DNA from: an uncultured Rhabdochlamydiaceae bacterium
GTDB taxonomy: Bacteria > Chlamydiota > Chlamydiia > Chlamydiales > Rhabdochlamydiaceae
Reading direction: 5' to 3'
Assembly (NCBI GenBank): GCA_963736155.1
Contig: CAVTNO010000002.1
Location: forward strand, 18,525 to 82,524
DNA: 64,000 nucleotides
This document shows, piece by piece, positions 46,308 through 56,115 of the stretch; position 1 is the first letter of the stretch, and each line of letters begins with the position of its first letter. The notes under the pieces are model-generated. The model was given only the letters and a program-made list of their open reading frames with translations. It did not search any database and had not been told where the DNA came from. Position numbers and translations under genes: made by a program.

Positions 46308-47399
46308 ATGCCGATATTGTGGCGATTTTTGCTAAAAAGTTATTTCCAAGTGTTTCTGCTCTGCATGACAAGCTTCATTGCGGCCCTCTTTGTCATGCGG
46401 TTTAAAGATATCGCTGAGTTTGCAACGCTCAACTCAGACGGACTCTCCATTTTTCTTTTCAGCCTCTATCAGCTCCCCTACATCCTTCCCCTCGCGATCC
46501 CGATCTCATGCGTGATCGCCTCGATGCTCGTGTTTCAAAAATTAAGCCATTACAGCGAGCTCACGGCGCTGCGCGCTGCAGGCGTCAGCCTAAGGCACCT
46601 TCTCATTCCGCTCCTGCTCGGCGCGCTGCTCCTCACCGTCATCAACTTCACGATCGTCGCCGAAATGGGCCCCCGCTGCCGGTTCTGGGCGAAAGAACTG
46701 ACCTTTGAGATGACGTCCAACAATCCGTTTTACATCTTCAACAAAATCACCGACGGAAAACTGACCAACGCCTACGTTGAAATCCGAACGATGCGCGGCG
46801 GCAAAAAAGCCAAAGACGTCCTCCTCATCCTGAATAATAGAATGCAAGAAAGGCTTGGGATCTTTACAGCGGAAGACCTTTCGATCGAAGGTGAAAACCT
46901 GCTCGGCAAAAACGTGACGGTGATCTCGAGCGTAAGTTCCAATATGCCGGACGAATTTGACCATCTCGTCATTGAAAACCAAGACTCGATGTCGACCCCT
47001 GCCGCAAGCCTATCCCAGATGCTGCAGAGCGCCAAATGGGGATTTCGGCCGGAATACCTCTCACTCAAAGATCTCATCATCAGGCTTTCCATCAGCAAAA
47101 AAAGTTTTTGGTCCAACACGCACGGCCTCGAGCTGGCCCGGCGCCTGTCGCTAGCGCTGACCCCTGTTTTTTTCACGCTGCTCGGCGCTGCCTTCGGAAT
47201 GGAGATTGGAAGACGGCATACACGGCGCGGCCTCTTATGGACCATCTGCCTGACTGCCCTTTACCTCTCTTCTTTCATCGGGGCCAAGAGCATGAAGCAC
47301 TTCCCTAAGACCGCATGGGTCCTTTATTTTATACCATTCGTAATCATCGGCATCCTCTCCCTCCGAAGCCTTAAGAGAGTCTCCAGAGGTATTGAATGA
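46308..47399 (+). CDS. lptF: LPS export ABC permease LptF (YjgP/YjgQ family)
   Basis: 363 aa with the layout of 3 TM helices, a periplasmic beta-jellyroll-sized loop and 3 more TM helices. It is paired with a second family member downstream. Confidence 0.7.
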   Translation: MPILWRFLLKSYFQVFLLCMTSFIAALFVMRFKDIAEFATLNSDGLSIFLFSLYQLPYILPLAIPISCVIASMLVFQKLSHYSELTALRAAGVSLRHLLIPLLLGALLLTVINFTIVAEMGPRCRFWAKELTFEMTSNNPFYIFNKITDGKLTNAYVEIRTMRGGKKAKDVLLILNNRMQERLGIFTAEDLSIEGENLLGKNVTVISSVSSNMPDEFDHLVIENQDSMSTPAASLSQMLQSAKWGFRPEYLSLKDLIIRLSISKKSFWSNTHGLELARRLSLALTPVFFTLLGAAFGMEIGRRHTRRGLLWTICLTALYLSSFIGAKSMKHFPKTAWVLYFIPFVIIGILSLRSLKRVSRGIE

Positions 47400-47562
47400 A
47401 CCTATCCCGAAATCATCCAACTTCCCTTTTCGCGTCTTTTTCCGCATCTTTTACTGTCGCTTCTTGGCCTACTTGTCCAAAGTATGTCCTGCGAAGCGAC
47501 ATAAAAATCTGCGAAAAAATACATCAAAAATCAAAATTGCCTTATTTCGGGATAGGTTCATA

Positions 47563-48636
47563 ATGAAGAAGTGGCAATCTTATTTTTACAAAGAAATCTG
47601 CAAAGTCTTCTTCTTTTTCCTGTTTGGTTTTTTCTTTCTCTACTCTCTCATTGAGTATGCCACTCACATGGACGACTTTTTTAAAACCTCGTCCTTAAAC
47701 ATCTCCTCCGTCGCCCTTTACTACCTCAATCAATTCTTAAAGAGGCTCGACTTCCTCATCCCGATGGCGCTCCTCCTCTCAACCATCAAGGTTTTAACCA
47801 CCCTCAATGCACGCAATGAATGGACCGTATTCCAAGTCGCCGGCCTTTCAACAAGAACCCTCCTAAAACCTTTTTTCACCATCGCCATCATCTGCACCGC
47901 ATTTTTATGGGCCAATTTTGAATTCTTCCTTCCCTCGGCCCTTCAAAATATCGACGAGTTCCGCATCGCCAACTTCCATGGCTCCCACCTGGCCAAGCGT
48001 CGAGAGCTGATCCACCTCATCCCCTTGAAGGACAACTCAAAACTCCTCTACCAGTCGTACCTCCCTGAGAATCACCAGCTCTTCGACGTCATCTGGATCA
48101 AAAGCTCCAATGAAATCTGGCGTATGAAATATTTAAGCGCCGACCCGACAACCCCCACTGCCTACTTCGCCGACCACCTCGTCAGGTCGCCCTCCGGAGT
48201 CGTTGAGAAAAAAGAGTCATATAATTCGATTTCACTCAGTGAACTAAAATGGCATCCCCGCATGGCGCGCAAAGGCCTCGTGCCATTCGAGCAAAGAAGA
48301 ATTTCGGAACTTTTTCGCCTCTCCAAAAATCCGCAATCTTCGCCCTACGAGGCCCCCCGCATTAAAACGCAGCTTGTCTTCAAGGCCGGCGTCCCCCTGC
48401 TCTCCCCTCTCATTGTCCTCGCCCTCGCCCCCGTCTGCCTCACATTTTCACGCTTCCGCTCCCAATTCTTCATTTACGCCATCGGCCTCTTCTCACTCTT
48501 TGCCTTTTACATGCTTCTCGACTCACTGACCATCTTAAGCGACCACGGCATCATCTCCCCCATCCTCTCCGTCATCTTTCCTATCACGCTACTAGCCTCC
48601 ATCGTCGGATGGAGATTCGGGATGAAGACCGCATGA
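47563..48636 (+). CDS. lptG: LPS export ABC permease LptG (YjgP/YjgQ family)
   Basis: Starts at MKKWQSYFYKEI (ATG 47563). The track ORF start at 47392 adds a non-membrane-like leader and overlaps the lptF end. Confidence 0.7.
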   Translation: MKKWQSYFYKEICKVFFFFLFGFFFLYSLIEYATHMDDFFKTSSLNISSVALYYLNQFLKRLDFLIPMALLLSTIKVLTTLNARNEWTVFQVAGLSTRTLLKPFFTIAIICTAFLWANFEFFLPSALQNIDEFRIANFHGSHLAKRRELIHLIPLKDNSKLLYQSYLPENHQLFDVIWIKSSNEIWRMKYLSADPTTPTAYFADHLVRSPSGVVEKKESYNSISLSELKWHPRMARKGLVPFEQRRISELFRLSKNPQSSPYEAPRIKTQLVFKAGVPLLSPLIVLALAPVCLTFSRFRSQFFIYAIGLFSLFAFYMLLDSLTILSDHGIISPILSVIFPITLLASIVGWRFGMKTA

Positions 48637-49367
48637 GATGGAAACCCCTCCTCATCTCTTTTGGGATCATCGCGTTTTTATGCGGCACCTTTTTCAGCCC
48701 ATGGACCCAGCCCCTTTGGGAGAGCCTCGATCTTGCCATCTTCAAGTTTCTAAACTCCATGCTCAAAGACAATAAGTTCCTGCAATATTTCTGGGCAACT
48801 GTGAATCACAAACGCATGGACCTTGTTGAGGATGCCGTTTTCATCCTCTTTTTTATCTGGGGCATCAAATCCGCACCCAAGGGAGAGCGGTGGAAAAAAA
48901 CAGCCCAGTTTCTCTTTTGCATCTTAATTGCCGCCTGCGTCATCGGCTTCGTCAACCGCAATTACCTCCGCTTCAACGTCCCCTTCCCGCGTGAGAGCCC
49001 TTCTCTTGTCGTCTCCCCCTGCGTCCGTATCACCGATGAAATCCCCTGGAAAGACCTCAAAGACGAGACCATCGCCAGCTTCCCCGGCGACCATGCGACC
49101 ACGCTCCTGCTCTTTGGACTCCTTTTTTCAGCCTTTGTTCCAAGACGCCTTGCAGCCTGCGCCTGGGTCTATGTGGTCTTCCGCATCCTCCCCCGCCTGA
49201 TTGTCGGCGCCCACTGGTTTTCCGACGTTGCCGTCGGCAGCGTAACGATTGCCCTCTTTTTTGCCTCTTGCTTCCTCTATACCCCATTAGGTAGAGTGAT
49301 CATTGACGCAATAGAAAAAGTAGGTATTAGATGGCGACCAAAAAAAACCCCTATGAACAGCTTGTAG
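48609..49367 (+). CDS. PAP2-family lipid phosphatase (candidate lipid A / undecaprenyl-PP phosphatase)
   Basis: 252 aa with PAP2 motifs SFPGDHA (PSGH-like) and RLIVGAHWFSDVAVG (SRxxxxxHxxxD-like). The alternative ATG at 48633 forms an ATGA overlap with the lptG stop. Confidence 0.7.
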   Translation: MEIRDEDRMRWKPLLISFGIIAFLCGTFFSPWTQPLWESLDLAIFKFLNSMLKDNKFLQYFWATVNHKRMDLVEDAVFILFFIWGIKSAPKGERWKKTAQFLFCILIAACVIGFVNRNYLRFNVPFPRESPSLVVSPCVRITDEIPWKDLKDETIASFPGDHATTLLLFGLLFSAFVPRRLAACAWVYVVFRILPRLIVGAHWFSDVAVGSVTIALFFASCFLYTPLGRVIIDAIEKVGIRWRPKKTPMNSL

Positions 49368-50852
49368 AGATTTCAAGAGAAGTTGCAACGTGGGGCTCCA
49401 TCAGCAATATCCTCGAATGGGACCAGGAAACCTACATGCCCTCCGGAGCCGTCGATTTCCGCTCTTCGCAAAACACCCTCGTTGGAACGCATGCCCACAA
49501 ACTCAAAGTCGGCGCAAAATTCACCAAACTTCTAAAAGCCCTCGTCAACCTGGAAACAGGCGAAGTTTTAGACCAGACCCTCTCTGACCCTCAAAAATCC
49601 GCCCTGCGCGCTTGGAGAAGAGATTACCTCAAAGCCGTCAAGCTCCCCCATTCGTACGTCAAAAGCTTCGTCATGACCACCACCAAAGCATGCCCTGCCT
49701 GGGCTGAGGCAAAAAACACCTCGAACTTTAAGAAATTTGCGGCGCACCTTGAAAAAATCGTCAAACTGAATCAGAAAAAAGCCGACTATCTTGGGTATAA
49801 AGAAAGCCCCTACGACGCCCTCCTGGATCTTTACGAACCAGGACTGCACCTCCTCCGAACTTGTTCCACTTTTTGAATCCCTCAAAACCGGCCTAAAATC
49901 GATTCTGCACAAAGTCACCTCAAAACCACCCATTGAGAGCTCCTTCCTCAAGCAAGACTTCGATAAAACCACACAATTTGAGTTCAGCAAAACCCTTCTC
50001 AGCGCCATGGGATTTACCCCTGAGACCTCGCGCCTTGACATCTCATCCCACCCCTTCTGCGCTCCCATCCATCCCACCGACACCCGCATGACTACCCGCA
50101 TCCACGCTGACGATATCATGTCGAATATCTTTTCCGCGCTTCATGAAGGCGGGCACGGCATCTACGGACAAAACCTCCCCGTCGACCAATTTGGAACGCC
50201 TCTTGGAGAGCAAACCTCCCTCGGGATCGATGAGAGCCAATCCCGTTTTTGGGAAACACGCATCGGACGCACGCGCCCCTTTTGGCACCACTTTTTGCCC
50301 CAGCTCCAGGCGGAATTCCCCCAGCTAAACAATGCCACCCTCGATCAGTTTTATGCCGCCATCAATACAGTTGTCCCCTCCTTCATCCGCGTCGAGGCCG
50401 ATGAAGTCACCTATACCCTCCATGTCATCCTCCGGTTTGAAATTGAAAAAATGCTCATGGAAGGAACCCTCAAAGTCAAAGACATCCCCGCCGCCTGGAA
50501 TCAAAAAATGCAGGAGCTCCTCGGCATCACACCTCCGAATGACTCCCTCGGCTGCCTCCAAGACATCCACTGGTCGATGGGAAGCATGGGCTACTTCCCC
50601 ACCTACGCACTCGGCAACCTCTATGCCGCTCAGTTCTTCGAAAAATTTGCCCACGACAACCCCGACTGGGAAAGCAAAGTCTCTCATGGGAACCTCGCCT
50701 TCATCCGCGACTGGCTCAAAACCCATATCCACCAATATGGCCGTCAATACAACCCCCAAGAGCTCATCTTAAAAGTCACCGGCAAACCCCTCTCTGAAAA
50801 GCCGTACCTTGACTACCTCAACGCCAAGTACCAAAAGATTTATCACTTTTAA
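49331..50852 (+). pseudogene. M32 carboxypeptidase (Taq-type), split by one frameshift near 49841-49850 as sequenced
   Basis: ORF 49331-49876 ends ...YDALLDLYEPG. ORF 49791-50852 continues TSSELVPLFESLK... and carries HEGGHG (HExxH) and IHWS...GYFPTY. Confidence 0.8.
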
Positions 50853-50977
50853 ATAAATTATTTGTCATTTTACGCATATAACCAACTGTTTATCAAAGAC
50901 TTAGAGTAAACAAATTGCTTTAAATTAATAATAAAATATTGTATAATAGATGTCGTAACTTTAAAAAGGATAATAAA

Positions 50978-51391
50978 ATGGCATTAACAGCATTAACATA
51001 TAGTCTAAGTGGTAACAATGATAACCCAAACTATTATGAAAGGACAGCACAGCTCAAAGCAAAGCAACAAATCTATCTGGCTATCGGCACAACTGAAGCC
51101 TTATCTTATATTGCCTTTAGACCTACCATCGTTAACACACTTAAAGGAATCGCGCAAAAGGCGCCTCAGACCTTAGCGAAAATTATCTCTCTTGTCAGAA
51201 GCCTATTGACATCACCAACCACTCAAAACGTGTCGAAAGTGGGCGTTGTTCTAGCAGTTCTATATGTACTACACACTCTATTCAATTTACCTGAGAAAGC
51301 GTTTATGGTAGCGGATCTAGTAAAGGGAGCTGTTGGGAAACCCCTGCAATGGCTCGTTGATAATACGCCCATTGATACATGGGATGAGTAA
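50978..51391 (+). CDS. hypothetical protein
   Basis: ORF 50939-51391; the ATG at 50978 (MALTALTYSL) is the likelier start. It has one or two hydrophobic segments and no recognisable motif. Confidence 0.4.
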   Translation: MALTALTYSLSGNNDNPNYYERTAQLKAKQQIYLAIGTTEALSYIAFRPTIVNTLKGIAQKAPQTLAKIISLVRSLLTSPTTQNVSKVGVVLAVLYVLHTLFNLPEKAFMVADLVKGAVGKPLQWLVDNTPIDTWDE

Positions 51392-51437
51392 TGGGTCGTT
51401 TTTAGAATAAGTTAGAGCTTCTGCTTTGTATGAATAC

Positions 51438-51481
51438 GCAGCTGGCGGCGCTTCTTCGTTGAAGCGCCGCTGCTTTTTTTG
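51438..51481 (+). terminator. rho-independent terminator
   Basis: GCGGCGCTTC ttcgtt GAAGCGCCGC, extended by GCA/TGC pairing, then T8. Confidence 0.7.
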
Positions 51482-51563
51482 AAACTCCGAAAAGCCGTTA
51501 CATCAGTTGTCTTTTATTTGAACGCTTAAGTACAATCTTGCGCAAAAAACAGAGGCAACAATT

Positions 51564-51887
51564 ATGCTCGCAATAACAATCGACTCTTCCAACCCAAAAC
51601 CGCTTGAAGCACTATTTGGTAAATATCCTGCGGCAGATATTGCACAATTATCAAAACTTTTAGCGCCTCATTCAACGCAACTCTTGTATGAACCTCAAGA
51701 AAAAGAATTTACTATTCTGGGCAGCTCCCAATTAGACAAAAAAGAGCTGGAACGAATCTTGAATAAATCCATCTATAGTGTTTACGTTGCAAAAGTCCTC
51801 GATAAAACCGACTCGCAAGGAAACAAAAAATTCACATTGGTTTGTAGAGTAGATCCTACTTATTGGAATGCTTGGAAAAATTGGTAG
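51564..51887 (+). CDS. hypothetical protein
   Basis: 107-aa ORF with no recognisable motif. Confidence 0.4.
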   Translation: MLAITIDSSNPKPLEALFGKYPAADIAQLSKLLAPHSTQLLYEPQEKEFTILGSSQLDKKELERILNKSIYSVYVAKVLDKTDSQGNKKFTLVCRVDPTYWNAWKNW

Positions 51888-51895
51888 AAGCCGCT

Positions 51896-52369
51896 CTAAT
51901 TATTGAGGCGCAGCTGGCGGCGCTGTTCTGCTTCTTCGTAGCGCCGCTTCTCTTCCGGAGATACCGGAATGACAGCCGGAACTTGAACAGGCTTTAAGTT
52001 ATCGTCCAGGGCAACAAATGTGAAATAGGCCGAGAGGATATGAACACGTTGAAGCGTTCTAAAGTCTTCCTTAAAAACCTTCACCCCGATTTCCATCGAT
52101 GTCTTCCAGGCGCGGTTCACGGCTGCTTTGAAAACAAGGATATCTCCATGCTTGGCAGGAGCCAAAAACCGGACTGAATCGATCCCCAGTGTGACGCAGA
52201 CGCATCCTGAGTGCCTCTTGGCAACAACCCCCGACACCCGGTCGCAGAGATCGAGCACACGGCCGCCGAAAAGCGTTCCATAGGCATTGAGATCATTGGG
52301 GAATACGACCGCTGTTTGGTCATGAATGGCTGAATCGGAAACGGGCTTGCCTTTCTTGGGATGGGTCAT
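51896..52369 (-). CDS. acyl-CoA thioesterase (hotdog fold, YciA-like)
   Basis: 157 aa, VFPNDLNAYGTLFGGRVLDLCDRVSGVVAKRHSG. Confidence 0.75.
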   Translation of the reverse strand: MTHPKKGKPVSDSAIHDQTAVVFPNDLNAYGTLFGGRVLDLCDRVSGVVAKRHSGCVCVTLGIDSVRFLAPAKHGDILVFKAAVNRAWKTSMEIGVKVFKEDFRTLQRVHILSAYFTFVALDDNLKPVQVPAVIPVSPEEKRRYEEAEQRRQLRLNN

Positions 52370-52452
52370 ACCCGTGGTATACTGAATTAAAATAATTATT
52401 TACAACGTGGAATAAAAAAATCCCTGGAAATAGATTCCAGGGATTTGAAATA

Positions 52453-52842
52453 TTAACGTTTGGAGAACTGAGGACGCTTACGAGCTCCGCGCAGACCGTA
52501 TTTCTTACGTTCTTTCTTACGTGGATCGCGTGTCAAGTAGCCAAGAGGCTTCAGCTCAGCTTTACGAGTATCGTCTTCTCCAAGAAGAGCTCTGGAAATG
52601 CCTAAACGGGAGGCAATCACTTGAGCTTCAACACCGCCGCCTTTAACGCGGATATGCATGTCATATTTCTTGGATTCAGAAACTTTTTTAATAGGACTTA
52701 GGATCGCTTCGCGTTGAATAGGAAGAGGAAAATAAACTTCAAACGGACGGCCATTGACTGTGATTTTTCCAGTTCCCGGGCGCATTCTCACTGAAGAGAC
52801 TGCTGTTTTACGTCGTCCTGTACCAATAAATTCTTTTTTCAT
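52453..52842 (-). CDS. rpsI: 30S ribosomal protein S9
   Basis: 129 aa, GTGRRKTAVSSV...GGGVEAQV...RDPRKKERKKYGLRGARKRPQFSKR. Confidence 0.95.
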   Translation of the reverse strand: MKKEFIGTGRRKTAVSSVRMRPGTGKITVNGRPFEVYFPLPIQREAILSPIKKVSESKKYDMHIRVKGGGVEAQVIASRLGISRALLGEDDTRKAELKPLGYLTRDPRKKERKKYGLRGARKRPQFSKR

Positions 52843-53285
52843 TATTCTACCGTCATGGGGTTTTGAGCTTGCATATCGTGTTTTTCGCCAGCGAAAATAC
52901 GAAGTTTCTTCAGTTGTTGGCGTGCCAATCTGCTTTGCGGGAGCATTCCTGCAATCGCATTTCTGAGGATATATTCAGGGTTACGCGCTTTCATCACACG
53001 GAAAGGGACTTCGCGGAGGCCGCTCATCGCACCGGTATGATATCTATAGATCTTCTGAGCTTCTTTAGCTCCGGTGACTTTAATCTTTTCAGCATTGATA
53101 ATGACAACGCCATCTCCACAATCGACGTGCGGAGTATAGGTCACTTTATGTCTTCCACGGAGAATTTTCGCTACGTGAGAGGCAAAACGACCGAGTGTTT
53201 TACCTGAAGCATCTAAAACGAACCACTTGCGGTCGTCTATAGCTTCTTGTTTGGTGAGAAGTCGAGTTTGATTTCTTTTTTTCAT
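52842..53285 (-). CDS. rplM: 50S ribosomal protein L13
   Basis: ...RKWFVLDASGKTLGRFASHVAKILRGRHK.TYTPHVDCGD. I place the start at ATG 53285, preceded by AGGA; the track ORF begins at 53315. Confidence 0.9.
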   Translation of the reverse strand: MKKRNQTRLLTKQEAIDDRKWFVLDASGKTLGRFASHVAKILRGRHKVTYTPHVDCGDGVVIINAEKIKVTGAKEAQKIYRYHTGAMSGLREVPFRVMKARNPEYILRNAIAGMLPQSRLARQQLKKLRIFAGEKHDMQAQNPMTVE

Positions 53286-53476
53286 GGTCATCCTAAAACA
53301 GTTATGTACCAGCATACTTCTTTCCTAGTTTTTTTGCCAATAAATCTATTAGGCTTAAAAAACAAAAAAATACTTTACTGTAGTAAAAAAATATCTTCAC
53401 CTACCCTTCAAGCTCGCAATTGAAAAAGAACTCCTCTATCAGTTAACATCCCTTCTCAAAATTGGAGTTTGTCCTG

Positions 53477-54787
53477 ATGAAGCAGCTTAGCAAGTTTTTT
53501 CTTCGAACATATGGCTGTCAGATGAACGAGCTGGACTCGGAGATCATGGTAGGCCTTTTGGAAAAGCGGGGCCTGAAGCGGACGGATGTCGAGGACGATG
53601 CCGACCTGCTGATATTCAATACCTGCTCCATCCGGGATCTGGCCGAGCGCAAAGTCATGGGAAAAATCGGCAAACTGAGCTCTAAACCTAAGCGGGCGAT
53701 GATCGGGGTGACAGGGTGCATGGCGATGGCAAAAAAAGAGACGCTCTTCAAAAAGCTGCCCCATATCGACTTTATTATCGGCACCAATAACATCTCCGAG
53801 CTCAATACGGTGCTGGACGAGGTGCTCGAAACCGGCCGTCCCACGATCAGGACCGATGATCAATTTGAAGAAAATCTTGACTATCTCGCAGCTAAAAGAG
53901 ACGACCCTTTAAAAGCGTTTGTCTCGATCATTCGCGGGTGCGACAAGTTTTGCACCTACTGCGTTGTCCCCTACACTAGGGGCCAAGAGGTGTCGAGGCC
54001 TCCTGAGAGCATCGAAGAAGAGTGCAGGCGGCTGGTGGGTCAGGGCTACAAAGAGATCACGCTGCTGGGCCAGAACGTCAACAGCTACGGCAAAGATAAG
54101 CCTGAGTGGAACTGCAAGTTCCATGACCTCCTATACCGGCTGGATAAAATTCCGGGGCTCTCCCGCGTCCGGTTTATGACTTCGCACCCTGTCGATATTA
54201 CGTTAGAGCTGATGCATGCGATCCGCGACCTTCCCTCGGCCTGTGAATTTGTCCACTTCCCTCTGCAGGCAGGATCAAACCGCATCCTGAAAAAGATGCA
54301 CCGTATTTATACGGTCGAGCAGTACCTTGAAAAAGTAGCGCTACTTCGAGAGATCGTGCCCGATGTGTCGCTTGGCACCGATATCATCGTTGGATTTCCT
54401 ACGGAGACGGAAGAAGAGTTCCAGCAGACGTATGACCGTTTTAAAGAAATCGGATACTCGGTCGCCTTCCTCTTTGCCTATAGCGCCCGCAAAGGAACGC
54501 CGGCTTTCCGCTGGAAAGACGATATCCCCGAAGAGGTGAAAAACGAGCGGCTGCAGCGTCTTTTGAATCTGTTCGATGAAATGGCAACAGAAGAAAAGAA
54601 AAAAATGCTAGGCCAGACCGTCGAAGTACTCGTTGAAGGCCGGCGCCCTGATGAGATCAAACTAAAGGGACGCACCCGGTGCTGGAAAAGAGTGGTCTTC
54701 ACCGGCGATGATAACCTGACAGGAACCCTCCAAAATGTCAAAATAACGGGCTTCAGCCATCAGACGCTATTAGGGGAGCTTATTTAA
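53477..54787 (+). CDS. miaB: tRNA-2-methylthio-N6-dimethylallyladenosine synthase
   Basis: N-terminal TYGCQMN, the radical-SAM cluster motif CDKFCTYC, and a C-terminal TRAM domain. Confidence 0.85.
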   Translation: MKQLSKFFLRTYGCQMNELDSEIMVGLLEKRGLKRTDVEDDADLLIFNTCSIRDLAERKVMGKIGKLSSKPKRAMIGVTGCMAMAKKETLFKKLPHIDFIIGTNNISELNTVLDEVLETGRPTIRTDDQFEENLDYLAAKRDDPLKAFVSIIRGCDKFCTYCVVPYTRGQEVSRPPESIEEECRRLVGQGYKEITLLGQNVNSYGKDKPEWNCKFHDLLYRLDKIPGLSRVRFMTSHPVDITLELMHAIRDLPSACEFVHFPLQAGSNRILKKMHRIYTVEQYLEKVALLREIVPDVSLGTDIIVGFPTETEEEFQQTYDRFKEIGYSVAFLFAYSARKGTPAFRWKDDIPEEVKNERLQRLLNLFDEMATEEKKKMLGQTVEVLVEGRRPDEIKLKGRTRCWKRVVFTGDDNLTGTLQNVKITGFSHQTLLGELI

Positions 54788-54793
54788 TAAAAA

Positions 54794-54820
54794 AGAGCTG
54801 AAAGGAAATCTTCCAGCTCT
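54794..54820. terminator. hairpin between convergent miaB and 54833-55381 (T-run on the minus-strand side)
   Basis: AGAGCTGAA ... TTCCAGCTCT with A4 immediately 5' on the plus strand. Confidence 0.45.
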
Positions 54821-54832
54821 AGAATGCGACAA

Positions 54833-55381
54833 TTATCTATGAGCCAATTTGGACATCGCAAGACCTGCGAAGAACCATCCAAATACAGACTCAATGATAG
54901 TGGAAATAGCAAACATGCCTGGGAATCCAAACCAGATTACATAAGGCAGTGATGAAGCGATCCCTATCACCAAACCAATCACAACGATGAACACCACTGA
55001 CTTGTTGTAGTCAAGGTTTGTTTTGAAAAGAAGCCATGCAACGAGGCATGCTAATACCACTTTAGAAATCAGCGCTGCTACAGATGAGCCCGCCATGCTT
55101 GGATTCTTTCCTTGCGCCATAACAGCTGCAAATACAAAAGGCCCTTCAGCCATATGTTTTTTTGCCTCAGCCAGTTCATCTGCATCGGTGTAGTTCAACG
55201 ATGGAATCATGTAAAGACCGCTGACTGGAGCGTTGTCTTTAATATCGTATCGAATGCTTTTCTCATTCGAAAACTTGTTCATTTGACTCTTTTGCCATGG
55301 CAGAATCATCCACGCAGCCGCTCCCCAGATAAAGAGGATAAACCCGCCGATAAAACCGCACTTCATTATTTTTTGCATCAT
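54833..55381 (-). CDS. small 4-TM membrane protein, tandem paralog 3 of 3 (unknown family)
   Basis: 182 aa, MMQKIMKCGFIGGFILFIWGAAAWMILPW...NAPVSGLYMIPS...FGWFFAGLAMSKLAHR. Confidence 0.65.
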   Translation of the reverse strand: MMQKIMKCGFIGGFILFIWGAAAWMILPWQKSQMNKFSNEKSIRYDIKDNAPVSGLYMIPSLNYTDADELAEAKKHMAEGPFVFAAVMAQGKNPSMAGSSVAALISKVVLACLVAWLLFKTNLDYNKSVVFIVVIGLVIGIASSLPYVIWFGFPGMFAISTIIESVFGWFFAGLAMSKLAHR

Positions 55382-55488
55382 AATCTCCTGCTCTCCTTTG
55401 TTTGTATGAGATTTTTCACATCCTAATGAAGAACCATTTTTGAATCAATTATTGTTTTAAAAATGGTTCATTCACATAGGAGAAGCAA

Positions 55489-56004
55489 TTATCTTCTGGC
55501 CAATTTTGACATCCCCAAACCGGCAAGGAACCAGCCCACAACAGACTCAAAAATAGAGACAAATGCATACATTCCTGGGAATCCGAACCAGATCACAAGA
55601 GGCATTACACCTACCATTCCGAGCAGAAAGCCAATCGCTGTGATAAAGAGAACCGATTTTTTAAATTTCAGCTTGGTTTGAAAGAGAAGCGCTGCAACGA
55701 TGATGGCAGCAATGATTCTAACAGCCAGGGCCGATGCCATTGCACCTGTCATGCTGCAGTTCATTCCTTCTGTTTTGATAGCCGCAAAGAGATACGGCCC
55801 ATTCTTACTACAGTTTCCCATCGCAGGAACCGTATAGAGCCCGCTGACAGGTGCGTTAGCGCTTATAGTAGACTGAACGCTCTCTTCATTTGAAAACGTA
55901 TGAAATTGGTTCGTGTACATTGGAAACAGCATCCATGATGCCGCGCTCCAAATAAAGAGGATAACTCCTCCAATCAGACCGCATTTGAATATTTTTTGTT
56001 TCAT
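55489..56004 (-). CDS. small 4-TM membrane protein, tandem paralog 2 of 3
   Basis: 171 aa, MKQKIFKCGLIGGVILFIWSAASWMLFPM...NAPVSGLYTVP...VVGWFLAGLGMSKLARR. Confidence 0.65.
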   Translation of the reverse strand: MKQKIFKCGLIGGVILFIWSAASWMLFPMYTNQFHTFSNEESVQSTISANAPVSGLYTVPAMGNCSKNGPYLFAAIKTEGMNCSMTGAMASALAVRIIAAIIVAALLFQTKLKFKKSVLFITAIGFLLGMVGVMPLVIWFGFPGMYAFVSIFESVVGWFLAGLGMSKLARR

Positions 56005-56072
56005 TGGATCTCCTTTTTTAGATCGTTATGATTCTAAAGAAGAGGGATTTATGAATCAAATTTAATTTTTAA

Positions 56073-56100
56073 GAAAAAGCTGGAAGGAACACTTCCAGCT
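56073..56100 (-). terminator. rho-independent terminator after paralog 1
   Basis: AGCTGGAAG ggaca-type loop CTTCCAGCT (56078-56100), with a T-run on the minus strand (A5 at 56074-56078 on plus). Confidence 0.6.
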
Positions 56101-56115
56101 TAGATAAAGAAAGAC

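Noticed and set aside
47392-47562. 57-codon upstream extension of lptG
   Set aside because: It overlaps the lptF stop and is not membrane-like. MKKWQSYFYKEI at 47563 matches the usual LptG/YjgQ N-terminus.
51909-51950. GCAGCTGGCGGCGCT...AGCGCCGCT inside the thioesterase 3' end resembles the terminator at 51438-51481 (15 identical nt)
   Set aside because: It lies within a well-supported coding region (EEAEQRRQLRL). The similarity is short and GC-rich. It is probably coincidental, though a genome-wide repeat search would settle it.
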